Of a stretch of DNA of 64,000 bases, positions 29,212 through 39,073 are shown one piece after another. Location of the stretch: the NCBI GenBank assembly GCA_965223545.1, contig OZ245006.1, positions 4,864,001 through 4,928,000 on the forward strand, in the 5' to 3' direction. The translations under genes were made by a program, and so were the position numbers. The stretch comes from Planctomycetota bacterium (lineage in GTDB: Bacteria; Planctomycetota; UBA1135; UBA2386). The notes below the pieces were generated by a model that saw only the letters and a list, made by a program, of their open reading frames with translations, was not told the origin of the DNA and ran no database searches. Every line of letters starts with the position of its first letter. Positions within the stretch are counted from its first letter, which is position 1.

Positions 29212-31770
29212 ATGGACGCCAACCAACCGACCGTGAGTAGCGATCAACGCCTGCTGGCTCTGGTCCAGCAGGCGTTGGCCGACATCGCCGAAGGCGTGAC
29301 GCTGGACCTCGACGCCTTGTGCGCGGACGCTCCCACGCTGCGCGACGCGGTGGCCGAGACGCTTGGCCTCGCTTCGCACCTGCCGCGCCTACAGCAGACC
29401 GCCCGCCAGCACGGCGTTCTCGCCGGCACCGTCCTCGCCGATCGCTACGAGTTGCGCCAGCGGTTGGGTGCGGGCGCGATGGGGGTCGTCTACGCGGCCC
29501 ACGACCACGAGCTCGACCGCGAGGTGGCGGTCAAGCTGCTGCACGCCGGCTTGGCGTTCGATGCCGCGCGCCGCCAGCGCTTCTTGCGCGAGGCCGAGAC
29601 CCTGGCCGCGGTGCAAGACGACCACGTCGTGCCGATCTACGACCGCGGGGAGTCCGAGCAAGGACTGTTGTTCTTGGTGATGCCTCGGCTGGCGGGGCGG
29701 GCCATGTGGGACTTGCTACAGGAGCGGCGGGCGTCGGTCGCACCGGGCGATTGGTTGCGGCGCCCGTGGCGGCTCAGCGAGCATGGCATCGACGCTGCGA
29801 GCGGTGAAACGGACTTCGCGCGCATCGCGGTCGGCTGGGTTGCCGATCTGGCCCGCGGGCTCGCCGCCGCGCACCGCGCCGGCCTCGTGCACCGCGACGT
29901 CAAGCCGTCCAATGCGTTCGTGCGCGAGGACGGCCGCGCGGTGTTGCTCGACTTCGGTTTGGCAAAGGCGGACGGTGACGCGAGCTTGTCCGGCGGCTCG
30001 CCAGTGGGGACTCCCTTCTACATGGCGCCGGAGCAGGCCCGGGGCGAGCCGGCGACCGAGGCCTCCGACACCTATGGACTCGGCGCGACCCTGTACGACC
30101 TGCTCGCCGGGCAGCCGCCGTTCGGCGATACCCCCGAGCGCGTGCTCGCGCGTCTGCTGCGCGATGCGCCGGTGCCGATCCTTCGGCTACAGGAGGGTCT
30201 GCACCGCGATTTGGCAGCGATCGTGGAGCGCGCGATGGAGTTCGCACCAGCCCGGCGCTATCCCACGGTCGGTCACTTCTGCGCTGACCTGAGCGCAGTC
30301 TTGGACCGGCGGCAGGTCGCGGCGCGGCCGATTGGTGCGTTGGGACGGCTGTGGCGCTCCGCGCGCCGCCACCCGGCGCGGGCCGCGTCGGTGGCCGCGG
30401 CCGGCGTGGCGCTGAGCGTCGTCGTGCCCTTCACTTCGTTGTCGCTCGATGTCCGCGCGGCGGAGCGCGACCGGCGCGTCCTCGCGCACGCGGCGCAGTT
30501 GGGGATGCGGGCGCCGTTCGTCGGTAGTCCGGGGCGGCGTGGCGAAGTCGAGACCGCGGAGCGGCAGCGCAACCTCGACGCGCTCGATGCCATCCTCGCA
30601 CTCACCCCGGACGACGTGCCGATGCGGGTCCGGCGCGCGGCCTTGCTGAGCGACCGGGGTGCGGACGGCGATGCCGCCCGCGCGGCCGCGGACGCCGCGC
30701 ACGTCGCGCGCGCCCGTCCGGACAGCACCTTGTTTGCAGAGCTGGCGCGCGCCTACCGCGGCGTGGTCGAGACAGGTGGTGGAGATCCGCTGGCCGTGGT
30801 CTCTCTCACGGTGGAACCGCGCACTCCCGACGAGCGCTTTGCCGCGACGTTGCACTTCATCCGCCGACAGAAGGACGCCACCGATCCCCGCGCCTGCCGG
30901 CGATGGCTCGATCCGGTGCTGGCCGACTCGCGCGCCTGCCGAGAGCTGTGCGGCATGGTGTTCGTGTTCGAGATCGTCAGGGCGCGCATCGGCGGCGACA
31001 TGGGGAGGCATCGCGAGCGCGCCCGCGCGGCCTTGGCGCACGCCACGTCGCTGGATCGAGAGTACGGGGTTCCGAGCCAGCGCGGCCGTTCGCTGGCGGC
31101 GTTCGCCCGGTTGGAGCTCGACGACTTCGCCGGCGCGGTGGAGCTGCTGCGCGCGGCCGTGCGACGGGCGCCCGGTGAGCACGGCGACCTGCTGCATCTG
31201 GGCATCGCGCACCGTCGGCTGGGGCAGCTCGACCAAGCGCGGTCGGCGCTGCGGGCCGCGCACGGGCTCCGGCCCGAGCTGGCCAACACGATGTACGAGC
31301 TGGCCGAGGTCGAGCAGGAGCGGGATGACCTGGCGGCGGCGTTGGAGTGGGCGGAACGCATTCCGCCGGCCAGTCGGTTGCGCGGCTTGGCCATCGGTCA
31401 CGTGCGCATGCGCGAGGGGCTATCCCAGCTGCGGGCGGGTGATCCCGCCGCGGCCGACGCCGCCTTCGCGGCCGCCGAAGCGGTGCTTGGTGCGACTCCC
31501 GGCGCGGCCAGCGGGGTGCTGCGGCGACGGGTAGCGGCCCTGCGATCCGGTCGATCGATCGAGGCCTTCGTTCTGCTGGCCGACGCCGTGCGCCAGCGCG
31601 TGACTTCGCCGCAAGCGCTCACCCAGCTCGCCGAGCAGATGCCCGAAGTCCTCGATGCGTCCGGGGTCGCGGCCATGCGTGCCGTGCTCCGTGATTTGGC
31701 ATCACACCTGTCGCCGGACGAGCCGGCGCCGCAACCCGATTCGAGTTTGCCAGCTCCGCAGGAGAAGTGA
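29212..31770 (+). CDS. Hanks-type Ser/Thr protein kinase with TM segment and TPR repeats
   Basis: LGAGAMGVVY, VAVK, HRDVKPSN, DFGLA, GTPFYMAPEQ, SDTYGLG; hydrophobic segment followed by helical repeats. Confidence 0.93.
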   Translation: MDANQPTVSSDQRLLALVQQALADIAEGVTLDLDALCADAPTLRDAVAETLGLASHLPRLQQTARQHGVLAGTVLADRYELRQRLGAGAMGVVYAAHDHELDREVAVKLLHAGLAFDAARRQRFLREAETLAAVQDDHVVPIYDRGESEQGLLFLVMPRLAGRAMWDLLQERRASVAPGDWLRRPWRLSEHGIDAASGETDFARIAVGWVADLARGLAAAHRAGLVHRDVKPSNAFVREDGRAVLLDFGLAKADGDASLSGGSPVGTPFYMAPEQARGEPATEASDTYGLGATLYDLLAGQPPFGDTPERVLARLLRDAPVPILRLQEGLHRDLAAIVERAMEFAPARRYPTVGHFCADLSAVLDRRQVAARPIGALGRLWRSARRHPARAASVAAAGVALSVVVPFTSLSLDVRAAERDRRVLAHAAQLGMRAPFVGSPGRRGEVETAERQRNLDALDAILALTPDDVPMRVRRAALLSDRGADGDAARAAADAAHVARARPDSTLFAELARAYRGVVETGGGDPLAVVSLTVEPRTPDERFAATLHFIRRQKDATDPRACRRWLDPVLADSRACRELCGMVFVFEIVRARIGGDMGRHRERARAALAHATSLDREYGVPSQRGRSLAAFARLELDDFAGAVELLRAAVRRAPGEHGDLLHLGIAHRRLGQLDQARSALRAAHGLRPELANTMYELAEVEQERDDLAAALEWAERIPPASRLRGLAIGHVRMREGLSQLRAGDPAAADAAFAAAEAVLGATPGAASGVLRRRVAALRSGRSIEAFVLLADAVRQRVTSPQALTQLAEQMPEVLDASGVAAMRAVLRDLASHLSPDEPAPQPDSSLPAPQEK

Positions 31771-33236
31771 TGAGACCGACGATCCCGATCACGTGTTTCG
31801 TGTTGGCGGCCGCCACGGGCGGAGCGCAGACACCGTTTTCGCAAGGGCCAGCGGCGGGAGTTGCGGTGGCGTTCTCGGTGACTGGCACGGCAACCGGAGT
31901 CGAGCAGATCCAAGTGCGGCGCACCGGTTTCGACCGTACGCCGCGCCCTTGGGCACCGCGGCCGGGCCGTCCCGACTTCCGCTACCGCCCGCTGTTCGAG
32001 TTCAGCAGTGCTTGTGGAGCTCCGGCCAACCCGCTCGACATCGACGCGTTCTCGGTCGGTCTCGACCAGATCCCGGTCGACGCCACGACCCAGTTCGTCG
32101 CGGTCGAGGCGGATCGCTGGTACGCGCTCTTGTTCAACGTGGGCGCGACGCCGACGGCCTCCGGTGTCGTTGCCGGTGAGAGCCTGCAGCCGCCGCCGAA
32201 GACCGGCGCGGACGGCGATTTGTTCGCCCACGTCTTCGATGGGAGCAGCTTGGATCCGCGCTGGGTCAACACCGTCGAGCGCGCCCTCGACGCGGCCGAG
32301 CTCGTGCCCCCGGCCGGGGGGATCGACGTGGACGCGACCGACGCGCACCTGCCGCTGTATGCGCTCGATGCCCACCTCTACAGCAAGCTGCCGGCGTTCG
32401 CGCGCCTCGCGCCGACGTTCTACTTCTCCGTCGCGCCGGCGTCGGTCGCCGATGTGCCATCGTGCTGGTGGACCGGCACGTCCGTCGCTGATCGAACCGC
32501 GGGTGCGATCTTCAGCACTCGGTGGACGGGCAGTGGCTGGGTTACGCCGACGGTATTCTTGACCCCATCGCGACTCGGCATCGGATCGTCCGCCGACGTC
32601 ATTGGTCTGTCGATCGACCGTGCGCGCGGCTTCGTCGTGTTCTCACTGGTCGCATCCGTCAGCCGCAGCGACCCGCTGATGTTCTTCGACCTGGCGTCTT
32701 CGCCTGGGACCTACGCGGTGGTCTTTCAGTACTCGACGCCGACCGAGGGTGCCGCCAAGCCCGTGTCTTGCGGCGCAGGAGTCGGTGGCAACGACGACGT
32801 CGAAGGGATATGCATCACCGATCCGGGGCCGGCGCAGTCGTCCTCGGGCTACGGCGGCCTCGCGTTTGGTTCACCGCTGCCGCCTTGCGCGAGCTGGCCG
32901 TTTGCGATGACCATGAATGCGACGGTGTTTCGCGATGGCGCCGGCGGGCCGGTGCTGCGCACCCTTGCGCGCGGCATCGTGCCGTCGAGCCCGGGCGTGC
33001 TCCTACTCGGCGTCTCCAACCAACTGGAGCTGAGCAAACGCAGCGCGTGTGTGGTCGACCCGCGCTTCGCCCTGCTCGATGCGATCGGCGGCGCGTGTGG
33101 CGGTTGGTTCGAGATGCAGATCCCGTTGCCGGTGACCCCGACCCTGGCGGGCACGTCGGGCGTGCTGCAGTGGGCGGCTCTCAATGCCGTCGGCCAGCTC
33201 GAAGTGGCCAACGCCACCACCATCAATCTCTTTTGA
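31767..33236 (+). CDS. Secreted hypothetical protein
   Basis: Signal peptide; repeated DIDA/DVDA/DVEG motifs; C-terminal IPLPVTPTLAGTSGVLQW domain; overlaps the kinase stop. Confidence 0.75.
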   Translation: MMRPTIPITCFVLAAATGGAQTPFSQGPAAGVAVAFSVTGTATGVEQIQVRRTGFDRTPRPWAPRPGRPDFRYRPLFEFSSACGAPANPLDIDAFSVGLDQIPVDATTQFVAVEADRWYALLFNVGATPTASGVVAGESLQPPPKTGADGDLFAHVFDGSSLDPRWVNTVERALDAAELVPPAGGIDVDATDAHLPLYALDAHLYSKLPAFARLAPTFYFSVAPASVADVPSCWWTGTSVADRTAGAIFSTRWTGSGWVTPTVFLTPSRLGIGSSADVIGLSIDRARGFVVFSLVASVSRSDPLMFFDLASSPGTYAVVFQYSTPTEGAAKPVSCGAGVGGNDDVEGICITDPGPAQSSSGYGGLAFGSPLPPCASWPFAMTMNATVFRDGAGGPVLRTLARGIVPSSPGVLLLGVSNQLELSKRSACVVDPRFALLDAIGGACGGWFEMQIPLPVTPTLAGTSGVLQWAALNAVGQLEVANATTINLF

Positions 33237-33245
33237 CGAGGGCTC

Positions 33246-33809
33246 TTGGGCGTGCGCTGTGGGGACTTGATCGAGCGCTGTCTGCCGCAGGTGCGCGCGC
33301 GCGTGCACCGGCAGCTGCAGGGTGACTTTCGTGCGCGTCACCCGTGGATGATGGCGGTGTTCAGCACCGGGGACGTCGTGCAGGACGTCTTGCTGGCGGT
33401 GGCGCGGGAATCCGCGGCGATGGAGTTCGAGAGTGAAGAGGAGGCCGTGCGCTACCTGTCGACCGTGGCTCGCAATCGGTTGATCGACGCCGTGCGCCAC
33501 CACGAGGCGGCGCGTCGCGATCGCCGCCGGGAGGCGCCCGCGGGCGACGCCGAGAGCCCGACTCGCCAGCGCGCGCCGGAGTCGATCGCGGGCGCGGCCG
33601 AGCAGATTGGCCTGCTGCGGGTGGCCATGGACGAGCTGCCGCCGCGCCACCGCGCGCTGCTCGACCTGCGGCTGGTGGATGGTCTGCCGTTCCCGCAGAT
33701 CGCGCGCGACCTGGGCTACTCCTCGGCGGAGACCGCGCGGCAGGCGTTCGTCGAAGCCCAGGCCAAGCTGCTGCTCAAGCTGCGCGCGCGCGGAGTGCGC
33801 CCGGGCTGA
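33246..33809 (+). CDS. ECF sigma-70 factor (kinase-associated)
   Basis: STGDVVQ, YL.TVARNRLIDAVR..EAARRD, LP.RHRALL.LR..DGLPFPQIARDLG. Start uncertain. Confidence 0.85.
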   Translation: MGVRCGDLIERCLPQVRARVHRQLQGDFRARHPWMMAVFSTGDVVQDVLLAVARESAAMEFESEEEAVRYLSTVARNRLIDAVRHHEAARRDRRREAPAGDAESPTRQRAPESIAGAAEQIGLLRVAMDELPPRHRALLDLRLVDGLPFPQIARDLGYSSAETARQAFVEAQAKLLLKLRARGVRPG

Positions 33810-33829
33810 CACCGCTTGGCAAAGCGGGT

Positions 33830-34699
33830 CTAGCCGAACAGTCCGCGATTGCTCCGTTTGGCGATGCCGGTCAGCGATGGGTACGTCTCGGTCAGCAACG
33901 GCGGCACGTCGACCGGTCCGCCGCACTGGCTCGCCATCAGCTCGAGGACCACTTTGAGCTGCTGGCCGCGAAAGTGGTTGTTGCCGATCACGATCGTGTG
34001 GCGCGCATCGGCGCTGATCGCGGCGATGCGGCGCTGCAGCTGCTCGACTTCATCGCCCGAGTAGTCGTAGTCGTAGACTTGATCTCGGCCGGCGCCTTTC
34101 TGGAACCATGCCGGGTTGCGGCCGTGCAGGCGCAGGTAGGCGAGCTGCGCGGGGCCGAGCACGCCGGTGCACCACAGGCCGAAGCCGGAGCTGGCCCCTG
34201 GGTAGTCCAGGTGCGCGACGCTGACGTCGAGCTCGGCGAGGTGCTGCAACGCCGCCGGATCCGCCCACGACTTGTGCCGCACTTCGACGATCGGCGGGGC
34301 GACATCGGCGAAGGCGTCCCGCAGCCTTGCCAGGTGGTCGCGGTGTGCGACCTGCGCGTCGAAGCGATAGCTGAACTGCCACAGCAGCGCGCGGAGCGCG
34401 CCGGCGTCGGCCAGTGGCGCGAACCCGGCCCGGGTGGCGGCGATGTCGGCTGCATCCGTAGACAGCTCGTGCGTGAATCGCTGCGGCAGCTTGGCGGTGA
34501 AGAACACACCCGTGTTCTCGGTGCGGCGCAGCCAAGACGCGCAGCGCCCGGCATCCGGCAGCGCGTAGAACGTCGAGTTGATCTCGACACAGTCGACGTA
34601 GCGCGCACAGAACGCGAGCGGATCGCGGCAGCCGCGCGGATAGACCACGCCGCGCCAATCCGCGTACGAGAAGCCGGCGATGCCGTAGCTGACCGTCAT
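33830..34699 (-). CDS. DUF72 family protein
   Basis: GIAGFSY.DW.G..YP, VEINSTFY, K.PQ.FTH, VEVRH.SW, YLRLHGRN, NNH. Confidence 0.9.
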   Translation of the reverse strand: MTVSYGIAGFSYADWRGVVYPRGCRDPLAFCARYVDCVEINSTFYALPDAGRCASWLRRTENTGVFFTAKLPQRFTHELSTDAADIAATRAGFAPLADAGALRALLWQFSYRFDAQVAHRDHLARLRDAFADVAPPIVEVRHKSWADPAALQHLAELDVSVAHLDYPGASSGFGLWCTGVLGPAQLAYLRLHGRNPAWFQKGAGRDQVYDYDYSGDEVEQLQRRIAAISADARHTIVIGNNHFRGQQLKVVLELMASQCGGPVDVPPLLTETYPSLTGIAKRSNRGLFG

Positions 34700-36030
34700 T
34701 CCGCCGGCGGCGCTTCGCTGCGGCGCAGCTGGTCGGCATCGTCGAGCCGCTCGCGCATGCGCTGCTCGAAGCCTCGGTCCCCCGGCTGGTAGAACGTACT
34801 GCCGGCCAGTGCCTCGGGCAGGCACTGCATCGCGGCGACCCCCGCATCGGTGTCGTGCGCGTAGCGGTAGCCATCGCCGTGGCCCTGCTGCTGCTGCAGC
34901 CGGGTCGGCGCGTTGCGCAGGTGCAGTGGAACCGGGTGCTGGGCGCCCTCGCGCACCGCGCGCGCCGCGCTGTCGATCGCGCGCAGGACGCGGTTGCTCT
35001 TCGGCGCGGCGGCGAGATAGACCGCTGCCTGGGTCAGCGGCAGCCGGGCTTCGGGCAGGCCGAGGCGATGGGTGGCGTCGAACGCCGCGACCGCGATCTG
35101 CAGCGCCATCGGGTCGGCCAGGCCGATGTCCTCGGCCGCCATCGCCAGCATGCGGCGCGCCGGCTGCAGTGGGTCGGCGCCGGCTTCGAGCAGTCGCGCC
35201 AGCCAGTACACCGACGCCTGCGCGTCGGAGTTGCGCAGGCTCTTGTGCAGGGCGGACAACAAGTCGTAGTGGTGGTCGCCGGCGCGATCGTGGCGCAGCG
35301 CCCTCTGCTGGAACGCCTCGTGCACGGTCGCGGCCTCGATCCGGCTGCCGGCGGCGAGTGCCTCGGCGGCGGCTTCGAGGCCGTTGAGCGCCCGGCGCGC
35401 GTCGCCGGCCGAGAGGTGGATCAGCGCGGTCCGGGCGTCATCGGTCAGCTGCAGCTGCCGCGCGCCGAGGCCGCGCTCGGCGTCGTGCAGTGCGCGGTCG
35501 ACGAGCCCGAGGATGGCGTCGTCGTCGAGGGGCTCGAGGACGACGACCCGGCAGCGCGACAGCAGCGCGGAGATCACCGAGAACGACGGGTTCTCGGTCG
35601 TCGCGCCGATCAGCACGATGTCGCCCTTCTCGACGTGCGGCAAGAACGCGTCCTGCTGCGCCTTGTTGAAGCGGTGGATCTCGTCGACGAACAGCATCGT
35701 GCCGCGGCCCTCGCGCTGGCGCCGCGTGCGGGCCTCGGCGACCGCCGCGCGTACGTCTTTGACGCCGGAGAGCACGGCGGAGAACGGTTCGAAGTACAGC
35801 TCCGACGCGGCGGCGATCAGACCGGCGAGCGTCGTCTTGCCGACTCCGGGAGGGCCGCACAAGATCAGCGAGCCGGTGTTGCCGTGCTCGACGGCTGCGC
35901 GCAGTTTGCGGCCCTCGCCGACGACGTGGAGCTGGCCCGCGTACTCGTCGAGGGTGCGCGGCCGCATGCGCTCGGCGAGTGGCGCCGAGGGCGGCACGGG
36001 CGCGTCCGCCGAGCGTTCGAACAGACTCAT
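34696..36030 (-). CDS. rarA: Replication-associated recombination protein A
   Basis: PLAERMRP, GPPGVGKTT, FVDEIHRFNKAQQD, GATTENPSF, SALHKSLR.SD, VPLHLRNAPT. Confidence 0.95.
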   Translation of the reverse strand: MSLFERSADAPVPPSAPLAERMRPRTLDEYAGQLHVVGEGRKLRAAVEHGNTGSLILCGPPGVGKTTLAGLIAAASELYFEPFSAVLSGVKDVRAAVAEARTRRQREGRGTMLFVDEIHRFNKAQQDAFLPHVEKGDIVLIGATTENPSFSVISALLSRCRVVVLEPLDDDAILGLVDRALHDAERGLGARQLQLTDDARTALIHLSAGDARRALNGLEAAAEALAAGSRIEAATVHEAFQQRALRHDRAGDHHYDLLSALHKSLRNSDAQASVYWLARLLEAGADPLQPARRMLAMAAEDIGLADPMALQIAVAAFDATHRLGLPEARLPLTQAAVYLAAAPKSNRVLRAIDSAARAVREGAQHPVPLHLRNAPTRLQQQQGHGDGYRYAHDTDAGVAAMQCLPEALAGSTFYQPGDRGFEQRMRERLDDADQLRRSEAPPAE

Positions 36031-36812
36031 CGTCGCTGCCTCCACGCCTCGTACAGCAGGACTCCCCCAGCGACGCCGACGTTGAGGCTGTCGATCGGCG
36101 GGCGCATCGGGATGCACGCGCGGCACTGCGCTGCCGCCGCCAACGGCTCCGGCACCGCGGTCGTCTCGCCGCCGAGCACCAGCGCGGTCGGGCCGCGTAG
36201 ATCGACGTCGAACACCGAGCGGTCGGCGCCGGCGTGCGCCAGCACCAAGGCGACGCCGGCGGCTGCGAGCCACTCGACGAGGTCGGCTGCTGCGACGCCC
36301 GCCAAGACCGGCAGCCGCAGCACGCTGCCGGCCGAGCCGCGCACCGCCTTGTCGCGGAACGGATCGGCCCCGCTGCCGGTGGTGACCAGGCCGGTGGCGC
36401 CGGCGGCCTCCGCCGTGCGCACCAGGGCACCGAGGTTGCCCGGGTCGCGCACTCCCGCGGCGACCAGCAGCAACGGGGTGCCCGGCCCGAGCAGCGCCGC
36501 GCGCGCGTGCGCCGGCCGGGCGACCAGGGCGACCACCCCCTGCGGCGAGTCGGTGCTCGAGATGCGCGCCAGGACCGCGTCGCTGCACTCGCGCAACCGC
36601 ACATTTGTCGTGGCCAGCCGGGCTTGCAGGGTGGCGCCGCGCGCGCTGCGGGCCAGGCTCGGCGAGTACGCGATCTCCACGACCTGGCAGTCGCTGTCGA
36701 GGGCTTCTTCGACCAGGGTCGCGCCATCGGCCAGCAAGTGTGCCCGATCGGCACCCCGCGCGGCGTCGCGGTAGCGCTGGATCAGCGGGCTCTTCGTCGA
36801 GGTGATCCGCAC
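36027..36812 (-). CDS. TrmH/SpoU-family RNA methyltransferase
   Basis: SPQGV, DPGNLGALVRTAEAAG, LGGE, IPM...DSLNV. Confidence 0.92.
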   Translation of the reverse strand: MRITSTKSPLIQRYRDAARGADRAHLLADGATLVEEALDSDCQVVEIAYSPSLARSARGATLQARLATTNVRLRECSDAVLARISSTDSPQGVVALVARPAHARAALLGPGTPLLLVAAGVRDPGNLGALVRTAEAAGATGLVTTGSGADPFRDKAVRGSAGSVLRLPVLAGVAAADLVEWLAAAGVALVLAHAGADRSVFDVDLRGPTALVLGGETTAVPEPLAAAAQCRACIPMRPPIDSLNVGVAGGVLLYEAWRQRR

Positions 36813-36910
36813 GCGCCGAACATAGCTCGGCGGTCGCCGGGCGGCGAGTCGACGTGGCTCCGCGCGGCGCCGTGCGGTAGCGTGGCGGCGGTTCTGCCCA
36901 GGATTCGCGA

Positions 36911-39067
36911 ATGACGATGTCCGTACTCTCTCTCCGCGCCGCGGCTGGCATTCTGCTGATTGCGTGCGCTGCTTGCTCCACTCCCGACTCGATGACGACT
37001 GCTGACCAAACGGGCGCCGCGGGCGCGGTCTCCAACCCGCTGCTGGCCGAATGGGAGGGTCCGTACGGCGGCGTGCCGCCGTTCGACGAAGTGCGAGTCG
37101 CGGACTTTGCACCGGCTCTGGAAGCCGCCATGGCGATGCACCTCGCGGAGATCGACGCGATCGCCGCCGACCCGGCGCCGGCGACCTTCGACAACACGAT
37201 CGCGGCGATGGAGCGTGCCGGTCGGGCGCTCAGCCGGGTCGGCACGATCTACGGCATCTGGGGAGCCAACATGAACGGTCCCGAGTTCCAGGAGGTCGAG
37301 CTGGAGATGGCGCCGAAGCTGGCGGCGTTCTCCGACCAGATCACGCAGAACAGCGCGCTGTTCGCCCGTATCGAAGCCGTCCATGCCGCCCGCGAGAACC
37401 TGGGACTCACCGCCGAGCAGCAGCGGTTGGTCTGGGACTACCACAAGGACTTCGTCCGCGCCGGCGCCAAGCTGGGCAGCGATGCCAAGGCGCGCGTCGC
37501 CGAGATCAATCAGGAGCTCGCCGGGCTGTTCACCCAGTTTCGGCAGAACGTCCTCGAGGACGAGGGCGGGCGGACGCTCGTACTCGACAGCGAGGCCGAC
37601 CTCGCCGGCCTGCCGCAGTCGGTGATCGACGCGGCGGCGGCGAGCGCGGCCAACCGCGACATGGCGGGCAAGTGGGTCATCACCAACACGCGCTCGTCGG
37701 TGGACCCGTTCTTGAGCTACGCGTCGCGCCGCGACCTGCGCGAGCGCGCATGGAAGATGTTCGTCAGCCGCGGCGACAACGGCGGCGATACGGACAACAA
37801 CGCTTTGATTCCGCAGATTCTGTCCCTGCGCCAGGAACGCGCCGAGCTGCTCGGTTACGCGAGCCACGCGCACTGGCGGTTGGCGGACACCATGGCCAAG
37901 ACGCCTGCGCGCGCGACCGAGCTGATGGAAGCGGTGTGGACACCGGCCATCGAGCGCGTCGCCGAGGAAGTGCGCGACATGCAGGCCTTGGCGGATGCCG
38001 AGGGCGCCGACATCACGATCGCGCCGTGGGACTACCGCTACTACGCCGAGAAGGTGCGCGTCGCGCGCTACGACCTCGACCAGAACGAGGTCAAGCAGTA
38101 CATGCAGCTCGACAAGATGCGCGACGCGATGTTTTGGATGGCGACCCAGCTGTTCGACTTCGCCTTCGAGCAGATCGATGGGGTCCCGGTGTTCCACCCG
38201 GACGTGACGGTCTGGGAGGTCACCAACAAGACCACCGGCGCGCACGTCGGGCTGTGGTACTTCGACCCCTACGCGCGTTCCGGCAAGCGATCCGGCGCGT
38301 GGATGAACGCCTACCGCAGCCAGGAGCGCTTCGACGGCGAAGTCACCACGATCGTCTCCAACAACTGCAACTTCGTGAAAGGCAAGCCGGGCGACCCGGT
38401 GCTGATCTCGTGGGACGACGCCACCACGCTGTTTCACGAGTTCGGCCACGCCCTGCACGGGCTGTGCTCGGACGTCGACTATCCGTCCCTGTCGGGCACG
38501 AGCGTGCCGAGGGACTACGTCGAGTTCCCCTCGCAGTTGCTCGAGCACTGGTTGTCCACGCCCGAGATCCTGTCGCGCTTCGCGCTGCACTACCGCACCG
38601 GCGAGCCGCTGCCACAGGAGTTGCTCGAGCGCATCGAGCGCGCCGCGACCTTCAACCAGGGCTTCGCCACGACCGAGTATCTCGCCAGTGCGTTGGTCGA
38701 CATGCGGATGCACACCGCGGGCGCTGCGATCGACGCCAAGCAGTTCGAGGACGCGACGTTGTCGGAGCTCGGCATGCCCGACGAGATCGTGATGCGGCAC
38801 CGGCCGACCCACTTCTTGCACATCTTCTCGGGCGACAGCTACTCGGCGGGCTACTACAGCTATCTGTGGTCGGACACGCTGACTGCCGATGCCTGGGAGG
38901 CGTTCACCGAGGGGGACGGCGCCTACGACACCGAGGTCGGCCGTCGCCTGCGCGAGCACGTGTTCTCGGTCGGCAACACCGTCGATCCGGCGGAGGCGTA
39001 CCGGCAGTTCCGCGGCCGCGACCCGGTGGTCGACGCGCTGATGCGCAAGCGCGGCTTCATCAAGTGA
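36911..39067 (+). CDS. M3A metallopeptidase (peptidyl-dipeptidase Dcp-like), lipoprotein
   Basis: NPLL, KRSGAWM, FHEFGHALH, DYVEFPSQ, YSAGYYSYLW, FRGRDP. Confidence 0.93.
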   Translation: MTMSVLSLRAAAGILLIACAACSTPDSMTTADQTGAAGAVSNPLLAEWEGPYGGVPPFDEVRVADFAPALEAAMAMHLAEIDAIAADPAPATFDNTIAAMERAGRALSRVGTIYGIWGANMNGPEFQEVELEMAPKLAAFSDQITQNSALFARIEAVHAARENLGLTAEQQRLVWDYHKDFVRAGAKLGSDAKARVAEINQELAGLFTQFRQNVLEDEGGRTLVLDSEADLAGLPQSVIDAAAASAANRDMAGKWVITNTRSSVDPFLSYASRRDLRERAWKMFVSRGDNGGDTDNNALIPQILSLRQERAELLGYASHAHWRLADTMAKTPARATELMEAVWTPAIERVAEEVRDMQALADAEGADITIAPWDYRYYAEKVRVARYDLDQNEVKQYMQLDKMRDAMFWMATQLFDFAFEQIDGVPVFHPDVTVWEVTNKTTGAHVGLWYFDPYARSGKRSGAWMNAYRSQERFDGEVTTIVSNNCNFVKGKPGDPVLISWDDATTLFHEFGHALHGLCSDVDYPSLSGTSVPRDYVEFPSQLLEHWLSTPEILSRFALHYRTGEPLPQELLERIERAATFNQGFATTEYLASALVDMRMHTAGAAIDAKQFEDATLSELGMPDEIVMRHRPTHFLHIFSGDSYSAGYYSYLWSDTLTADAWEAFTEGDGAYDTEVGRRLREHVFSVGNTVDPAEAYRQFRGRDPVVDALMRKRGFIK

Positions 39068-39073
39068 GAGGCC

